Below are positions 62,365 to 64,000 of a stretch of 64,000 nt of DNA, in pieces. Position numbers and translations under genes: made by a program. Source of the DNA: Aplysia californica (Eukaryota); assembly GCF_000002075.1 (NCBI RefSeq), contig NW_004797322.1, forward strand, positions 1,848,008-1,912,007, read 5' to 3'. Under the pieces are notes generated by a model, which saw only the letters and a list, made by a program, of their open reading frames with translations, searched no databases and was not told the DNA's origin. Numbering within the stretch: the stretch's first letter is position 1; each line of letters begins with the position of its first letter.

Positions 62365-64000
62365 GTATATATACAAAAGCAAGGGATCCAAGTATTGCCT
62401 CATACAGCCTTTAGTCCTAACTTAGTTTCCTGTGACACTTGGTTATTTCCAACTCCTAACAATGAGCTTGCTGAATGAAAGTTAGAACATATTGAGGACT
62501 TAGAGCTGTAAATTTTTATCTGTGAAGTATACCGATAGCTGACTATCGCTGTGTCTTCCAGATGCGACTTTGGAGGCTGCACGGCGTCACTTTTCACCCG
62601 ATTCTGTTACTTTTAGTAAACGTGACTCAGCAGTCAGCCAGAGCTCCCCCGCTCAGGGTCACTGGGCTAATGAGCCGTGGATGGACTTTTTTAGTGCCGG
62701 TTGAGAAATTCACATTTTTTAGGGGATCTATGTTTGAAACGATATATCTTCTTCCCTATCCCACACAGTAAACCATTACACTGATGTTCTAAAAGCTCAA
62801 TGTCTTAAGATTTATTCTGCGTTAGAATGGTTAATTTCTGTGCCTTGGTTTTTGTTCTAGACAAGTGTTTGTAGAGTTGTAATATTTTAGTTACATACTT
62901 ACGAATAAATGATTGTTTATTTAAAAACAGCTCGACAGATCTCTCCAAAATCTGTGTTAAACTGACTATGAACATCCTGTCTTTTACCATAAGAAATCTT
63001 AAATCTGCGCAGGTAGTAATACTCGAGTTTTAGGGAAGAAAGGTTCACATCTGCATTTTTGGGGGTAAACATTAAACCACAGATGCTTTACCATTAAATC
63101 AGAGAAAGATACTCTGCATTTGATTATGAATTATTATGCTGTGTCTGTGGAGGCCTGCATAGGTCTACAACCAAGTAAGATATGCGATTTTTTTTTTTTA
63201 ACCTACAAAAGTGTGTAAATACACATAAACGTTTACAAGGAGGAATTACTTCTTAGCGAACTGTGTCAGATGGATAAAGTAGCAAAAATACAACTTTCTA
63301 TTATCTGCGCAAATACGATCTTTTCGGAGTATCTCCATCGATGTTATGTTGCTCATATTCCAAATGCTCGACAGCTTTGTAGAGCCCTTTTTTCATATTG
63401 ATTTTTTTTCCATTCATACATGTCCAAAAAATTCTACAATTTAGCATTGCCGACTTCAGCGCCTCTAACGAAATAACCAGACAAGTTACAATGTCTATTT
63501 TTTCTTGAGTCTCAAGAGCAGAAATGTGTGCTTTGAGTGCATTATAAAATGATAATTACCATAAATACAAGGATACATCTAAAACTTTAAGCTAAAAAGT
63601 ACCAAAAATCAAGTCAGCCCAGACAAGAGCGGTGACGGGGANNNNNNNNNNNNNNNNNNNNNNNNNNNNNNNNNNNNNNNNNNNNNNNNNNNNNNNNNNN
63701 NNNNNNNNNNNNNNNNNNNNNNNNNNNNNNNNNNNNNNNNNCCCCCCCCTCCCCGGTGCAACTAAAATTCTACTGCTGGTGCGCCATGGCTGAAATTTGG
63801 CACATTAAGTTGAGAAAAATATTTCGCGGGACTGGAAATTTCAGGTCCATAGCATTGACAGTTTTTTAAAGATACTTCACAACTTCCACTACTTCTTTTA
63901 TCTACCCTCGTATAATATGAGGGGAGCATAGATAATGCAGTTATTTTTAAATGTCTTAAATCCCATGGACACAGTTTAGATTGTATAGGTGGCGGGCTGC

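Noticed and set aside
51521-64000. Next upstream DNAJC13 exon (expected HPSxAIxKGAGLVMKAIIE-like)
   Set aside because: Not found by eye; it may lie in a gap or beyond the window, so it is not annotated.

Overview
Repeat-rich animal genomic DNA with assembly gaps, probably invertebrate and plausibly molluscan (inferred from the repeat families, not proven). The backbone is the middle of a minus-strand DNAJC13/RME-8 gene: 16 phase-compatible GT-AG exons, 51520->4584, about 715 codons. Both ends of the gene lie outside the part I could trace. The introns are full of transposon debris: Hero, RTE, L2 and I/Nimb-like LINEs, a tRNA-derived SINE, and mariner/Tc1, Sola, piggyBac-like, hAT-like and P-like elements. 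The standout is a complete ~4.0-kb DNA transposon (258-4253). It carries a decayed single-gene RAG1/Transib-related transposase with an N-terminal RAG1/Chapa-type Zn domain, a DDE core, no RING and no RAG2. Its ends are built like V(D)J recombination signals: CACGGCT-spacer-CACTTAGTT with 14- and 25-bp spacers, an 11-bp (one helical turn) asymmetry as in the 12/23 rule. A second, diverged relative at ~10370-12423 keeps CACAGCT-23bp-CACTTAGTT with an unrelated spacer, which independently supports this architecture. All family assignments come from motif recognition by eye; no database search was run.
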